Positions 1 through 10,004 of a stretch of 64,000 nucleotides of DNA are shown piece by piece. The position numbers and the translations under genes were made by a program. Source of the stretch: an uncultured Eubacteriales bacterium (GTDB lineage Bacteria > Bacillota > Clostridia > Christensenellales > Aristaeellaceae); NCBI GenBank assembly GCA_902764185.1, contig CACWUV010000001.1, positions 12,258 through 76,257 on the forward strand, read 5' to 3'. The notes beneath the pieces were generated by a model. That model was not told the origin of the DNA. It saw nothing but the letters and a program-made list of their open reading frames with translations, and ran no database searches. Every line of letters starts with the position of its first letter. Within the stretch, counting starts at the first letter, position 1.

Positions 1-866
1 GGCAAAGTTCATGGCCGCCTCGCCCGTGCCCAGCAGGGAGTGGGCGCTGGCCCAGTCGGTGGTGGTGGCGTCGGCGTTCAGGATGTCATACTTCCATTTG
101 AGGTCCCGCATGAACTCCATGGCCGCCACACATTCGGGCGATGTGAAGTTGCACACCCAGCGGCCGTCCTCGTCCTGGTATTCCAGGGCGCTTTCGCCCA
201 CGCAGCCAAAGTTCCAGGCGATGTTGGTAAAGAGCCAGCCGCCGTAGGTCTCGCTGGCGGGGAACACCAAGCCCGCCTTGCCGGTCTTTTCCTTGATGAT
301 CTGGCCGTATTCCGCCATTTCCATCAGGGTCTTGGGGTAGATGGGCAGGTCGTTTTCGTCCATCAGGCCGGCCTGGCGGAAGAGGTCGATGTTGATGTGC
401 ATGCCCAGCACGTAGCCGTCCCGGGGCAGGCCGTAGATGCGGCCGTTTTCATCGGCCAACATTTCCACATAGGAGGGGCTGAACTTGTCCAGCACGCCGT
501 AGGCCTCCAGCGCGTCGGTCACGTCCCCCACCAGATGCTGGCTGATCAGCAGCTGGGGATCGGTGAAGGGGGGCTGGAAGATGCTGGGGGCGGTGCCGCC
601 CTTGGCCATGGGCACATAGTTGCTCAGGGTGTAGGAGTAATAATCGGGCACCAGGGTCACGTTGGGATACTGCCGGGCCATGGTGGCCTTGTAGCCCTCA
701 AACAGCGCCTTTTCCGCGTCGGGCGCCGTGTCCGCGGGCCAGTTGCCCAGGGTGATGGTGCAGGTCAGGTCGGGGTCGATCACTTCCTCCGCCAATCCCT
801 GGGGCAGGACGGACAGCAGGCAGCACAGCGACAGAACCAGCGCGAGGGTTTTGTACAGCTTGTTCA
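1..866 (-). CDS. ABC transporter extracellular solute-binding protein (sugar/CUT1 type); C-terminus cut by window edge
   Basis: Runs off the left edge, so it is absent from the ORF track. The reverse complement from ATG (rc of 864-866), behind AAGGAGG (rc of 874-880), reads MNKLYKTLALVLSLCCLLSVLPQG (signal peptide). It continues ...TLGNWPADTAPDAEKALFEGYKATMARQYPNVTL..., typical of family-1 solute-binding proteins. The listed + ORF 40..909 is its low-complexity antisense. Confidence 0.8.
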
Positions 867-1110
867 TGTTCAAACCTCCTTACGGTATATGCGAGGGCGC
901 CACAGATAGGTTTAACGCTAAACTATGTATTTATTATAGTATATACGCACCGGTTTGTCAATGCGTAGGCAAAATATTTTAGAAAACCGCGGAACAAGGG
1001 GCGGGCGCGCGCCCGCGGGATCCCCCGTCGGTTTTCAACGGGTTTTTTTATTGCGCAAAATCGCCCTTCGCGGTATAATGGGCGGGAGCAAAAGAAGGAG
1101 ATACGGAAAA

Positions 1111-2664
1111 ATGAAGGGCTTCGACCGTCCATCCTATATCCTTACGCTGGACGCCGGCACCACGGGGGTCAAGTGCGCCGCCTTTGACCCGCAGGGCACG
1201 GCGCTCTTTGAGTGCGTGGAGAGCTATCCCACCCGCTATCCGGCCCCAGGCTGGGCGGAACAGCAGCCCGAGGAGGTGCTTGCCGCCTCTCTGGCGGGCA
1301 TCCGGCGGGCGCTGGAGCAGGTGCCCGCGGCGGGCTGCGCCGCCCTGGTATTCAGCGGCACCATGAACGGCTGCCTCGCCATCGACCGGGCGGGGCAGGC
1401 GCTGTTTGCCAACATGATCCACAGCGATCTGCGGGCCGCGCCCCAGGTGGAGGAGATCAAGGGGCTGATCCCCCTGGCGGATTACTACGCCGCCACAGGC
1501 AACCGCATCGACGTGCACAGCGGCCTGCCCAAGTACATGTGGCTGCAAAAAAACGCCCCGGACGTGTACGCCCGGGCGTGGAAATTTGTCAACATCAAGG
1601 ATTATCTCTATGGCCGCATGACGGGCCGGCCCGGCGGCACGGACCGCTCGGACGGCAGCCTGTGCAACTGCCTGGACATGAAAACCGGCGACTGGGCCTG
1701 GGGCGTGCTGGACGCCTGCGGCGTTGACCGGGATAAAATGCCGGAATTGCGGGTTTCCGCCGACGTATCCGGCCGCCTGACGGCGGAGTTTGCCGCCCGC
1801 ACCGGATTGCCCCAGGGCTTGCCCGTGGCGGTGGGCGCGGGCGACGGAGCCTGCGCGGCCCATGGCGCCCGCAGCCACACCGTGGGTGACGCCTATATGA
1901 ACATCGGCAGCTCCGCCTGGGTGAGCGCCATGGGCGAAAGCCCCTGCGCCGATCCGGCAATGCGGCTGTTCAGCTATTTTGACGCGGACGAGCGCCGCTA
2001 CAACGTGTGCGGCACGGTGCAGAGCGGCTCGGCGGCCAGCAATTGGGCCATCGGCAACCTGCTGTGCCCCGGCGTTCCGCCGGAACAGTGGGACTTTGCA
2101 GCGTTGGAGCGGCTGGCCGCCTCCGTGGCTCCCGGCGCGGACGGCCTGGTCTATCTGCCCACCCTTGCCGGGGAGCGCACCCCCTGGTGGACGGCCAAGG
2201 CCAGCGGCGCACTGATGGGCTTCACCCTCTATCACGACCGGCGGCACGTGGCCCGGGCGGTCTATGAGGGCGTCATGCAAAGCCTGTGCCTGTGCGGGGC
2301 CATCCTGGGGGAAAACGGCCTGCCGGTGCGGCATTTGACCCTCATCGGCGGCGGCGCGAAGAGCCGGCTGTGGGGCCAGATGGCGGCGGACATGTTCGGC
2401 TGTCCCGTGGGCGTGCACCAAACGCCCCAGTCCGCCACCTCCCTGGGCGCGGCCTTCATCGCGGGGGTGGGCATCGGCTGGTACCGGGATTACGCCGACG
2501 CCGCGAAAAACATTCATATCGCCCGGGAATATCAGCCCGATCCCGCCGCCCACGCGGCCTATCAGAAGCACCTGGCCGTGTTCCGGCAGCTGTATCCCAA
2601 TATGAAAAAAGCCTATGAGCTTTTATACGATTATCAACAGGAGGCACAAGGTGGACAAGAGTAA
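1111..2664 (+). CDS. FGGY-family carbohydrate kinase (xylulokinase-like)
   Basis: ORF 955..2664, with the start moved to ATG 1111 behind GAAGGAG. Motifs LTLDAGTTGVKCAAF, GAGDGACAAHGA and LIGGGAKSRLWGQMAADMFG match the two FGGY domains. Confidence 0.85.
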   Translation: MKGFDRPSYILTLDAGTTGVKCAAFDPQGTALFECVESYPTRYPAPGWAEQQPEEVLAASLAGIRRALEQVPAAGCAALVFSGTMNGCLAIDRAGQALFANMIHSDLRAAPQVEEIKGLIPLADYYAATGNRIDVHSGLPKYMWLQKNAPDVYARAWKFVNIKDYLYGRMTGRPGGTDRSDGSLCNCLDMKTGDWAWGVLDACGVDRDKMPELRVSADVSGRLTAEFAARTGLPQGLPVAVGAGDGACAAHGARSHTVGDAYMNIGSSAWVSAMGESPCADPAMRLFSYFDADERRYNVCGTVQSGSAASNWAIGNLLCPGVPPEQWDFAALERLAASVAPGADGLVYLPTLAGERTPWWTAKASGALMGFTLYHDRRHVARAVYEGVMQSLCLCGAILGENGLPVRHLTLIGGGAKSRLWGQMAADMFGCPVGVHQTPQSATSLGAAFIAGVGIGWYRDYADAAKNIHIAREYQPDPAAHAAYQKHLAVFRQLYPNMKKAYELLYDYQQEAQGGQE

Positions 2665-3867
2665 GCACATCATCGTCATTTCCGAGGACGCCCTGGTTTA
2701 TGAAGATCTGGAAGAATTGAGAAAGCTCCCCAACTTTTCCAAAATCATGGAAAAGGCGGCCTTTGTGGACCGCATGCGCTCGGTGTATCCCACCGTCACC
2801 TATCCCAACCACGCCAGCATGCGCACGGGGGTGCGGTGCGGCAAGCACGGCATCGTGAACAACGAAACGCCCATCTTGACCCAGGCCAAAACGCCCTGGT
2901 CACCACGGGACGGCACCCCCACATCGACTGGCTGGTGGACGAATACTGGCCCATGAACGAGCAGGAGACCACCCTGGAATGCTTTGCGGAAAGCGGCTCA
3001 AGCCCCGAGGTGATCGACAAGGTCATCCGGCCCAACATGCATCTGGTGGACGGCATGCATCGGGTGCATCCCCACTGCGACGCCTTTGTGCACGCCTGCG
3101 CGTGCAGCATCATCCGCCAGTTCAAGCCCAATCTGCTGCTGGTGCACCCGGCCAACATTGACGAATACCGCCACGAAACCGGCATGTTCAGCGCCAAAGT
3201 GACCCACGGCCTGCATGAAATCGACCTGTGGCTGGGGGAGATATTGAAGGCCATCCGGGACGCGGGCATCAAGCAGGATACCGACCTGTTCATCGTCAGC
3301 GACCACGGCCAGCTGAACATCACCCGCTCCATCGCCCTCAACGCGCTGCTGGCGGACAAGGGATTGCTGACGGTGGACGATCAGGGCCAGGTGACGGACT
3401 ATGTGGCCATCGCCAAGTCCACGGGCATGTCGGCCCAGATCTATGTGAAGAACCCCCGGGACCTGGACCGCGTCCGCGCCGTGCTGGAGCAGATGAAAGA
3501 GGACGGCCTGTACGGCTTTGAGCGGGTGTTCACCGCGGAGGAGGCCCGGCGGGAGGAGGGGCTTTACGGCGATTTCTCCTTCGTGGTGGAAACCGACGGC
3601 TACACCAGCTTTTCCAACGCCTTCACCCGGCCCTTCGTGCGCCGGGTGGACAACAGCGACTATAAGTTTGGCCGGGCCACCCACGGCTATCATCCCGATA
3701 AAGGCCCCCAGCCCACCCTGATGGCCTGCGGACCCCATATCAAGGCCGGCGTGCGGCTGGACCGCCGCAGCGTCATCGACGAAGCGCCCACCTATGCCCG
3801 TATTCTGGGGGTGGAGATGCCCGAGGCCGAGGGCAAGGCCATAGAGGAGATTTTGGCGCTGGAGTAA
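2651..3867 (+). pseudogene. NPP-type nucleotide pyrophosphatase/phosphodiesterase (alkaline-phosphatase superfamily), frame broken around 2890-2950
   Basis: GTG 2651 lies 6 nt after AGGAGG (2639-2644). The N-part (frame of ORF 2615..2956) has YPTVTYPNHASMRTG, the NPP nucleophile motif. The C-part (ORF 2836..3867, a different frame) has LFIVSDHGQ and ATHGYHP metal-ligand motifs. The two halves are colinear in one family but lie in different frames. Confidence 0.7.
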
Positions 3868-3893
3868 AAAGGAAAGACGGTTGGTTAGACAGC

Positions 3894-3929
3894 AAAATCC
3901 TGTTGGCCGAGGGCCAGCAGGATTTTTTC
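3894..3929 (+). terminator. Rho-independent terminator after the NPP gene
   Basis: Hairpin aaaatcctgttggcc-gag-ggccagcaggatttt followed by a T-run. Confidence 0.7.
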
Positions 3930-3987
3930 CCGTTGGTATCCTTGCGGGAACGATGCTTATCCCTGCCCAATGCCGCTTCATATTTTA

Positions 3988-4016
3988 TTGCATTTTTTCT
4001 TCCGCTCATGTATAAT
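3988..4016 (+). promoter_or_regulatory. sigma70-like promoter for the GGDEF gene
   Basis: TTGCAT (3988-3993), 17-nt spacer, TATAAT (4011-4016), about 45 nt upstream of ATG 4062. Confidence 0.5.
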
Positions 4017-4061
4017 AAAATAGCATGGTTTTTGCTTGATATGGACGCAGAGGAATGGAAA

Positions 4062-5432
4062 ATGAACGGGACGGAAAAGAAACGCGGCAAGGGAGTTCCG
4101 CTGCAAACGGTCATTATCGTCATGCTGGTCATCAGCGCGGCGATCTCCTGCGTTTTGCTGTATTTTATGTATCGCACCTCCGAGAGCTACGACAGGATGC
4201 GCATCGCCACCCAGCATTATATGGATTGCCAGGCGGCCGCCAGCAGCCTGCGGGAAGGCAGCGATTATCTGACCAACCAGGTGCGCAGCTTTGTGATCAC
4301 CGGGGATATGGAGCACGTGGCGCTCTATTACAACGAGGTCCAGACCACCCGCTCCCGGGACAAGGCGGTGGAGCAGGTGCGGGAATACCTGGTGGACGAT
4401 CGGGCGCTGAGCCAGCTGGACACCGCCTTGCAAATCAGCGACCGGCTGATGGAAACCGAGGAATACGCCATGCGGCTGATGGTGGCGGGGCTTGCCGACG
4501 ATATTGACCGCTATCCCGCGCCCCTGCGGCAGATCGCGCTGACCGACGCGGACAGCCTTTTGCCCCCGCAGCAGCAGCTGGAAAAGGCCCGGCGCATGGT
4601 GTTTGGGGATGAATACGAAGCCGCCAAGGAGGAGATCATCTCCCGCATCAACCAGGGCACCGACGTGCTGATGACCTCCATGCTGGGCGAGCAGGTGACC
4701 AGCTCCGGCCGGCTTCTCAACGTGCTGCACGCCCAGCAGATCCTCATCGGCGGCCTGATGCTGTCGCTGTTTCTGGTGGCGGTGGTCATCTTTTCCCTGG
4801 TCATCAATCCCCTGCGGCGGCAGATCAGCGGCATCAGCCAGGATCGGCTGCTCAGCGAGGAAGGGACCACCGAATTGCAATATCTGGCCCGCACCTACAA
4901 CGAGATGTACGCCCAGAACCAGCGCGCCGCCGAAAAGCTGAACTACGAGGCCACCCACGACGCCCTGACGGGCCTTTACAACCGCGCCGCCTATGAGAGC
5001 ATGCGCCAGCAGGCCATGCGCAGCCAGAGCAAGATCGCGCTGCTGCTGGTGGACGTGGACTATTTTAAATCCATCAACGACCAATACGGCCACGATATGG
5101 GCGACCGGGTGCTGCGCTCGGTGGCGGACATCCTGCAAGGCTCCTTTCGCGGCGAGGACATGGTGTGCCGCATCGGCGGCGACGAGTTTGCCGTCATCAT
5201 GGCCAACGTCGATTCCGCGCTCACCGAGCTGGTGCGGGGCAAAATGCGCCGGGTGGCGGACAGGCTGGCCCATCCCGCGGAGGATCTGCCCGCGGTGACC
5301 CTCAGCGTGGGCGTGGCCTTCTCCGACCAGCAGAGCGAGGCGCGCGACCTGTTCAAGTGCGCCGATCTGGCCCTGTACCGGGTCAAGGAGGCGGGCCGCA
5401 ACGGCTGCGGTTTTTATGATCCTTCCCTGTAA
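4062..5432 (+). CDS. Membrane-anchored diguanylate cyclase (GGDEF) with extracytoplasmic sensor region
   Basis: ORF 3903..5432, with the start moved to ATG 4062 behind AGAGGAA. Two TM segments bracket roughly 240 aa. The C-terminus has RGEDMVCRIGGDEFAV, i.e. an RxxD I-site plus GGDEF. Confidence 0.85.
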   Translation: MNGTEKKRGKGVPLQTVIIVMLVISAAISCVLLYFMYRTSESYDRMRIATQHYMDCQAAASSLREGSDYLTNQVRSFVITGDMEHVALYYNEVQTTRSRDKAVEQVREYLVDDRALSQLDTALQISDRLMETEEYAMRLMVAGLADDIDRYPAPLRQIALTDADSLLPPQQQLEKARRMVFGDEYEAAKEEIISRINQGTDVLMTSMLGEQVTSSGRLLNVLHAQQILIGGLMLSLFLVAVVIFSLVINPLRRQISGISQDRLLSEEGTTELQYLARTYNEMYAQNQRAAEKLNYEATHDALTGLYNRAAYESMRQQAMRSQSKIALLLVDVDYFKSINDQYGHDMGDRVLRSVADILQGSFRGEDMVCRIGGDEFAVIMANVDSALTELVRGKMRRVADRLAHPAEDLPAVTLSVGVAFSDQQSEARDLFKCADLALYRVKEAGRNGCGFYDPSL

Positions 5433-5450
5433 GAAAGGAACCTGCGATTC

Positions 5451-7097
5451 ATGATCAAGACCCGCAAAAAGAAAAGCATACTGACCCTGATCCTGTGCGT
5501 GCTGGCCCTGGCCTTCACCGCCTTTATCTTTGCGCCCATCGAGCAATATATGCTCAACCAAAGCGAAATGTGGTTCAACCTGGGGGACATCGTGCCGCCC
5601 GCCGGGCTGTGCTTCCTGGGGCTGTCGGCTCTGCTGATCGGCCTGGGGTGCCTGCTGCCCCAGCGCGGCCGCCGCGTGCTCTCCGCCCTGGTGCTGGGAC
5701 TGACGGTGTGCCTGTATTTGCAGGGCAATTTTCTCAATCCCGATTACGGCGAGCTGGACGGCCGGCAGGTAGCGTGGGGCAATTACACGGTGTACGCCGT
5801 TGCGGACACCCTGTTCTGGGTCGCCGTGCCCGCCCTGTTTGTCACCCTGGCCGTCAAAAAGCGCAAGCTCTTCCACACGGCGTCCCGGGGCGTGGCCGCG
5901 GCGCTGCTGATCATCCAGGCCGTCACCCTGGCCACGGTGCTTTTGACCCACCCCATCGAAACCCGCCGGGGCGACTGGATCGTATCCGACAAGAATCAGT
6001 TTGTGCTGGGCGAGGAAGCGAACACCGTGGTGTTCGTGGTGGACGCCTGCGATACCACCTATATCCCCCGCATCCAGGCGGAGGACCCCGACGCCCTGGA
6101 CGCCCTGGACGGCTTTACCTATTACAGCGATTATGCCGGCGCCTACAGCAAAACCAAGATGGGCATGCCCTACATTCTCACCCAGGTGTGGTATGAAAAC
6201 GACCAGACCATCGAGGATTACATCGACCAGTGCTTCGAAGGCGTGCCCCTTTATCATGCGCTGGAACAGGACGGCTGGGACGTGCGCATCTACACCGCCG
6301 AATCCTACGCCAGCCAGCGCATGATCGGCACGGCGGACAACATCCTCCGCGCCAACCTTACCGTGGGCTCCACCCCCAAGCTCTTCGCCAAGATGATGCA
6401 GTTTGTGGGCGTCCGCTATCTGCCCCACCTGCTCAAGCCCGCCTGTGTGTTTTACAGCGGCGATTTTGGGTTCTACAAGGCCTCCGACGCGGAATATCAG
6501 CCCTATTTCAAGGATAATTTCCTGTTTCGGGATCGGCTGGCGGCGGACGGCGTCTCCACCAAGGCGGGCAAATCCTTTGTGGTCTACCACATCAACGGCT
6601 CCCATCTGCCCTGCAATATGAACGAGAACGGCGCGAACGTGGGCAACTGGAACACCACCGCCTGCGAGCAGACCAAGGGCGTGCTGCGCACCATCCTGAC
6701 GCCCTACCTGGAGCAGATGAAGGCCCTGGGCATCTATGACACCTCCAACATCATCATCACCGCCGACCACGGGCGCTTTGACGAAGGCCCCTCCTCCCCG
6801 GTGATGCTGCTGAAAAAGGCGGGCGAGCGGGGCGAACTCAAAACCAACGCCGCCATGGCCTCCGTCAGCGATCTCCACGCCACGCTGTACAAGCTCTGCG
6901 GGCTGGAAAGCGACGCCCCCGCCATCTTTGAACTGGACGAAAATGAAAACCGCGTCCGCCGCTACCTCTATTATCCCACCACCCGCACAAACGGCGGCAC
7001 CCTGCCGCCCCTGACCGAATACCACGTCGAAAGGGGCCAGGAGTTCGTGCCCACGGGGCTGGTGCTGCAAGGCGGCAAGGAGAATATCACCCACTGA
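5451..7097 (+). CDS. Sulfatase-fold (LTA-synthase-like) integral membrane protein
   Basis: About five N-terminal TM helices, then a soluble domain with VVFVVDACD and IIITADHGRFDEG motifs of the sulfatase/phosphoglycerol-transferase fold. Confidence 0.7.
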   Translation: MIKTRKKKSILTLILCVLALAFTAFIFAPIEQYMLNQSEMWFNLGDIVPPAGLCFLGLSALLIGLGCLLPQRGRRVLSALVLGLTVCLYLQGNFLNPDYGELDGRQVAWGNYTVYAVADTLFWVAVPALFVTLAVKKRKLFHTASRGVAAALLIIQAVTLATVLLTHPIETRRGDWIVSDKNQFVLGEEANTVVFVVDACDTTYIPRIQAEDPDALDALDGFTYYSDYAGAYSKTKMGMPYILTQVWYENDQTIEDYIDQCFEGVPLYHALEQDGWDVRIYTAESYASQRMIGTADNILRANLTVGSTPKLFAKMMQFVGVRYLPHLLKPACVFYSGDFGFYKASDAEYQPYFKDNFLFRDRLAADGVSTKAGKSFVVYHINGSHLPCNMNENGANVGNWNTTACEQTKGVLRTILTPYLEQMKALGIYDTSNIIITADHGRFDEGPSSPVMLLKKAGERGELKTNAAMASVSDLHATLYKLCGLESDAPAIFELDENENRVRRYLYYPTTRTNGGTLPPLTEYHVERGQEFVPTGLVLQGGKENITH

Positions 7098-7157
7098 CGC
7101 GGTTGAAAAATTTTCCCGCCTGCGTTATACTTTATTCTGTAAGGAGAGTTGAAATAT

Positions 7158-8165
7158 ATGAGCGAAACCGTCCGTAAACCCGTCCTCTATTCCGCGGTGC
7201 AGCCCAGCGGCACCCTGACCATCGGCAATTACATCGGCGCGCTGCGCAATTTCGTCAAGCTGGAAAAGGACTACGACTGCCTGTTCTGCATGGCGGACCT
7301 CCACGCCCTCACCGTGCGCCAGGAGCCCGCGGCCCTGCGCCGCCGCACCGCCGAGCTGGCCGCCCTGTATATCGCCTGCGGCCTGGACCCGGAAAAGAAC
7401 ATCATCTACGCCCAGAGCCACGTGCCCATGCACGCCGAATTGGCCTGGATCCTCAACTGCTTCACCTACATGGGCGAGCTTTCCCGCATGACCCAGTTTA
7501 AGGATAAAAGCGCCAAGCACGCCGACAACATCAACGCGGGCCTGTTCACCTATCCCGTGCTGATGGCGGCGGACATCCTGCTGTACCAGACCGACGTGGT
7601 GCCCGTGGGCGCGGATCAGAAGCAGCACCTGGAAATCTGCCGCGACATCGCCGAGCGCTTTAACTCCGTCTATGGCGACGTGTTCAAGATCCCCGAGCCC
7701 TACATCGCCAAGTCCGCCGCCGCCCGCATCATGGCGCTGAACGACCCCGGCAGCAAGATGAGCAAATCCGGGGAGCCGGACAGCTTTATCAGCATGGCGG
7801 ACACCCCGGACGACGTGCGCCGCAAGCTGCGCCGCGCCGTCACCGACAGCGACGGCGAGATCCGCGTGGACCCGGAAAACAAGCCCGGCGTCACCAACCT
7901 GATCACCATCTGCGCCGCCATGAGCGGCAAAACCGCCGAGGAAGTGTGCGCGGAATTGCAGGGCAAGGGCTACGGCGCCCTCAAGGACGCCACCACCGAG
8001 GCCGTGGTCAGCGTTTTGTCCCCCATCCAGGCGGAGCAAAAGCGCATCCTGGCGGACAAGCAGTATATCAACGACGTGCTCAAGAACGGCTCCGAGCGCG
8101 CCAGCGCCCTGGCCTTCCGGACGCTGCGGAAAGTGTATAAGAAAGTCGGATTATATCAGTTGTGA
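7158..8165 (+). CDS. trpS: Tryptophan--tRNA ligase
   Basis: ATG 7158 behind AAGGAGAG. It has PSGTLTIGNYIGAL (HIGH-type), KMSKS and full-length class-I TrpRS similarity. Confidence 0.93.
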   Translation: MSETVRKPVLYSAVQPSGTLTIGNYIGALRNFVKLEKDYDCLFCMADLHALTVRQEPAALRRRTAELAALYIACGLDPEKNIIYAQSHVPMHAELAWILNCFTYMGELSRMTQFKDKSAKHADNINAGLFTYPVLMAADILLYQTDVVPVGADQKQHLEICRDIAERFNSVYGDVFKIPEPYIAKSAAARIMALNDPGSKMSKSGEPDSFISMADTPDDVRRKLRRAVTDSDGEIRVDPENKPGVTNLITICAAMSGKTAEEVCAELQGKGYGALKDATTEAVVSVLSPIQAEQKRILADKQYINDVLKNGSERASALAFRTLRKVYKKVGLYQL

Positions 8166-8169
8166 TATG

Positions 8170-8269
8170 AGATCCTTCGACTCCGCTGCGCTTCGCTCAG
8201 GATGACAATCGAGAGAGAACACTCCTTCCAATGTCATCCTGAGCGGAACGAAGTGGAGTCGAAGGATCT
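8170..8269. repeat. R1 palindromic (MITE-like) element, short variant, copy 1
   Basis: Arms AGATCCTTCGACTCCGC..GCTCAGGATGACA and TGTCATCCTGAGCGG..GTCGAAGGATCT surround a short loop. The same termini recur at 19617, 30734 and 31953. Confidence 0.85.
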
Positions 8270-8329
8270 ATTGCTTACATTGGCAGAATGATATAGAAAT
8301 ATCAAAGCATACGGAAAGGGAAATACAGT

Positions 8330-9643
8330 ATGAAGAAAAAATGTTTCTGGATTATACTCATTCTGCTATGTATTGGCTGCGCCTGCTCCATGGCGGAAGA
8401 GCAACCGGTAACCTATACCAGCGGAGATTATCAATATATTCTGCTGCCTGATGGCACGGCAGAAATTACAAAATATATTGGAAAAGCAGAAAATCAGGAA
8501 ATTCCGTCAGAACTAGATGGACATACAGTAAGCAGTATCGGAAATCGTGCTTTTGCTGGAAACAATAAAATAGTTAGCATTGATATTCCAAATAGTATAA
8601 TATTTGTTGAAAATAATCCATTTAGTGGTTGTAGTAGCCTTATGTATTTTTCTGTGGCACCGGATCACCCAACTTTAGCAGTTAATGATGGTGTGCTATT
8701 CCAAGAAAAAAAACTCATCTGTTATCCATCCAATAAGAAAGAGAGAGTGTATTCTATTCCTGATGGAACTCAAGAAATTGGTGATTATGCATTTTCTAAC
8801 TGTAAAAATTTGGTAGATGTTACAATCCCAGATAGTATAATACATATTGATAATATCCCTTTTATTTATTGTAACAATCTTTCTGCCATACATGTTTCAC
8901 CTGATCATCCGCTTTTTGCTGATATAAAGGGAGTTTTATTTCAAAAAGATGAAAAAAGGCTGGTTTGCTACCCAGCAAAAAGGAGAGATGAATCCTATTC
9001 TATTCCGAAGGGAATTTTGGAAATAAGCGAATTTGCATTCTGTCATTGCTTTTATCTGACTAATATAACTATTCCAGATAGTGTTGTCAATATACAAAAG
9101 TATGCGTTTTGTAACTGTCCTGTTTTGAGCGAAATTGATATACCAAATAGTGTGGAAACCATTAACGAAGGAACATTCTATGAGTGTTCTAGTTTAACCA
9201 ATGTAAACCTCGGGGATAAAATATCTCGTATTGGGGATTATGCGTTCTACTTCTGCGAAGAATTAAAAAACATTATAATTCCAGATAGTGTCACAGAAAT
9301 TGGTGAGGGTGCTTTTTGCTTTTGCTTTAGTTTGACTAATGTTTTGATGCCAAAAAATTTAAACAGTATTGGTGATTCTGCCTTTTCGTATTGTAATAGA
9401 TTAATAAGTATTATAATTCCGAACAACATTAGCGACATTAATGATACAATCTTTTCTGGTTGTACAAAACTAAGTAACATTATGATTCCGGAAAGTGTAA
9501 TTTCTATTAGTGAAAATGCCTTTGTTGATTGTCCTGTATCTCTAACGCTAATCGTTGAACGAGATAGTTATGCTTTGCAATATTGCAAGCAGAAGGGTAT
9601 CGGTTACAATTACCCGGATGCTTTAGATTGGCTGAACAACTGA
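8330..9643 (+). CDS. BspA-type leucine-rich-repeat surface lipoprotein
   Basis: Signal peptide with lipobox (LLCIGCAC). It is followed by more than 10 repeats of the I.IP.SV..IG..AF..C..L pattern (LRR_5-like). The gene is markedly AT-rich relative to its flanks. Confidence 0.85.
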   Translation: MKKKCFWIILILLCIGCACSMAEEQPVTYTSGDYQYILLPDGTAEITKYIGKAENQEIPSELDGHTVSSIGNRAFAGNNKIVSIDIPNSIIFVENNPFSGCSSLMYFSVAPDHPTLAVNDGVLFQEKKLICYPSNKKERVYSIPDGTQEIGDYAFSNCKNLVDVTIPDSIIHIDNIPFIYCNNLSAIHVSPDHPLFADIKGVLFQKDEKRLVCYPAKRRDESYSIPKGILEISEFAFCHCFYLTNITIPDSVVNIQKYAFCNCPVLSEIDIPNSVETINEGTFYECSSLTNVNLGDKISRIGDYAFYFCEELKNIIIPDSVTEIGEGAFCFCFSLTNVLMPKNLNSIGDSAFSYCNRLISIIIPNNISDINDTIFSGCTKLSNIMIPESVISISENAFVDCPVSLTLIVERDSYALQYCKQKGIGYNYPDALDWLNN

Positions 9644-9675
9644 CAAACCTTCCATTGTGAAAGGAGGTTTTCGCC

Positions 9676-9999
9676 TTGATCATCGTCGCCGTCACCCTCT
9701 TTATCCTGGCCGCGGCCTGCCTGGCCCTGTCTGTCTGCCACTTCCGGCAGCGGGGGTACCTGTTCAACAACGCCTGGATCTACGCCTCCAGCACCGAGCG
9801 GGAGACCATGGACAAGGCTCCCCACTACCGCCAGAGCGCCGTGGTGCTGCTGCTGGTGGCGGCGCTGTTTGCGCTGCTGGGGTTTTCCGTGCTGACGCAG
9901 AAAACCTGGCTGCTGTGGGCGGAAGCCGCGCTGACCGCGGTCAGCCTGATCTATGCCATCGCATCCTCCATCAAAATCGAAAAAAATAAAAGGAGCTGA
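9676..9999 (+). CDS. Small membrane protein (3 predicted TM helices), unknown function
   Basis: TTG 9676 lies 9 nt after AAAGGAGG. The segments are hydrophobic and no family was recognised. Confidence 0.55.
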   Translation: MIIVAVTLFILAAACLALSVCHFRQRGYLFNNAWIYASSTERETMDKAPHYRQSAVVLLLVAALFALLGFSVLTQKTWLLWAEAALTAVSLIYAIASSIKIEKNKRS

Positions 10000-10004
10000 T
10001 CCTT

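Noticed and set aside
3978-7094. Very long antisense ORFs. These are 3978..7094 (1038 aa), and likewise 14686..18828 (1380 aa), 28311..30734 (807 aa), 36680..39739 (1019 aa), 23604..25178, 43324..44625, 44686..46398, 40..909 and others.
   Set aside because: Each lies opposite a gene with clear family motifs. Their translations are low-complexity G/A/V/H/Q/R/P strings. Stop-free antisense frames are expected in GC-rich coding DNA.
7098-7157. T-box leader upstream of trpS.
   Set aside because: Only about 60 nt separate the upstream stop and the trpS start, too short for a T-box. No specifier or T-box sequence was seen.
8270-9650. Prophage or integrative element explaining the AT-rich islets (also 39257-41869).
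   Set aside because: No integrase, transposase, phage structural gene or tRNA attachment site lies in or next to either islet.
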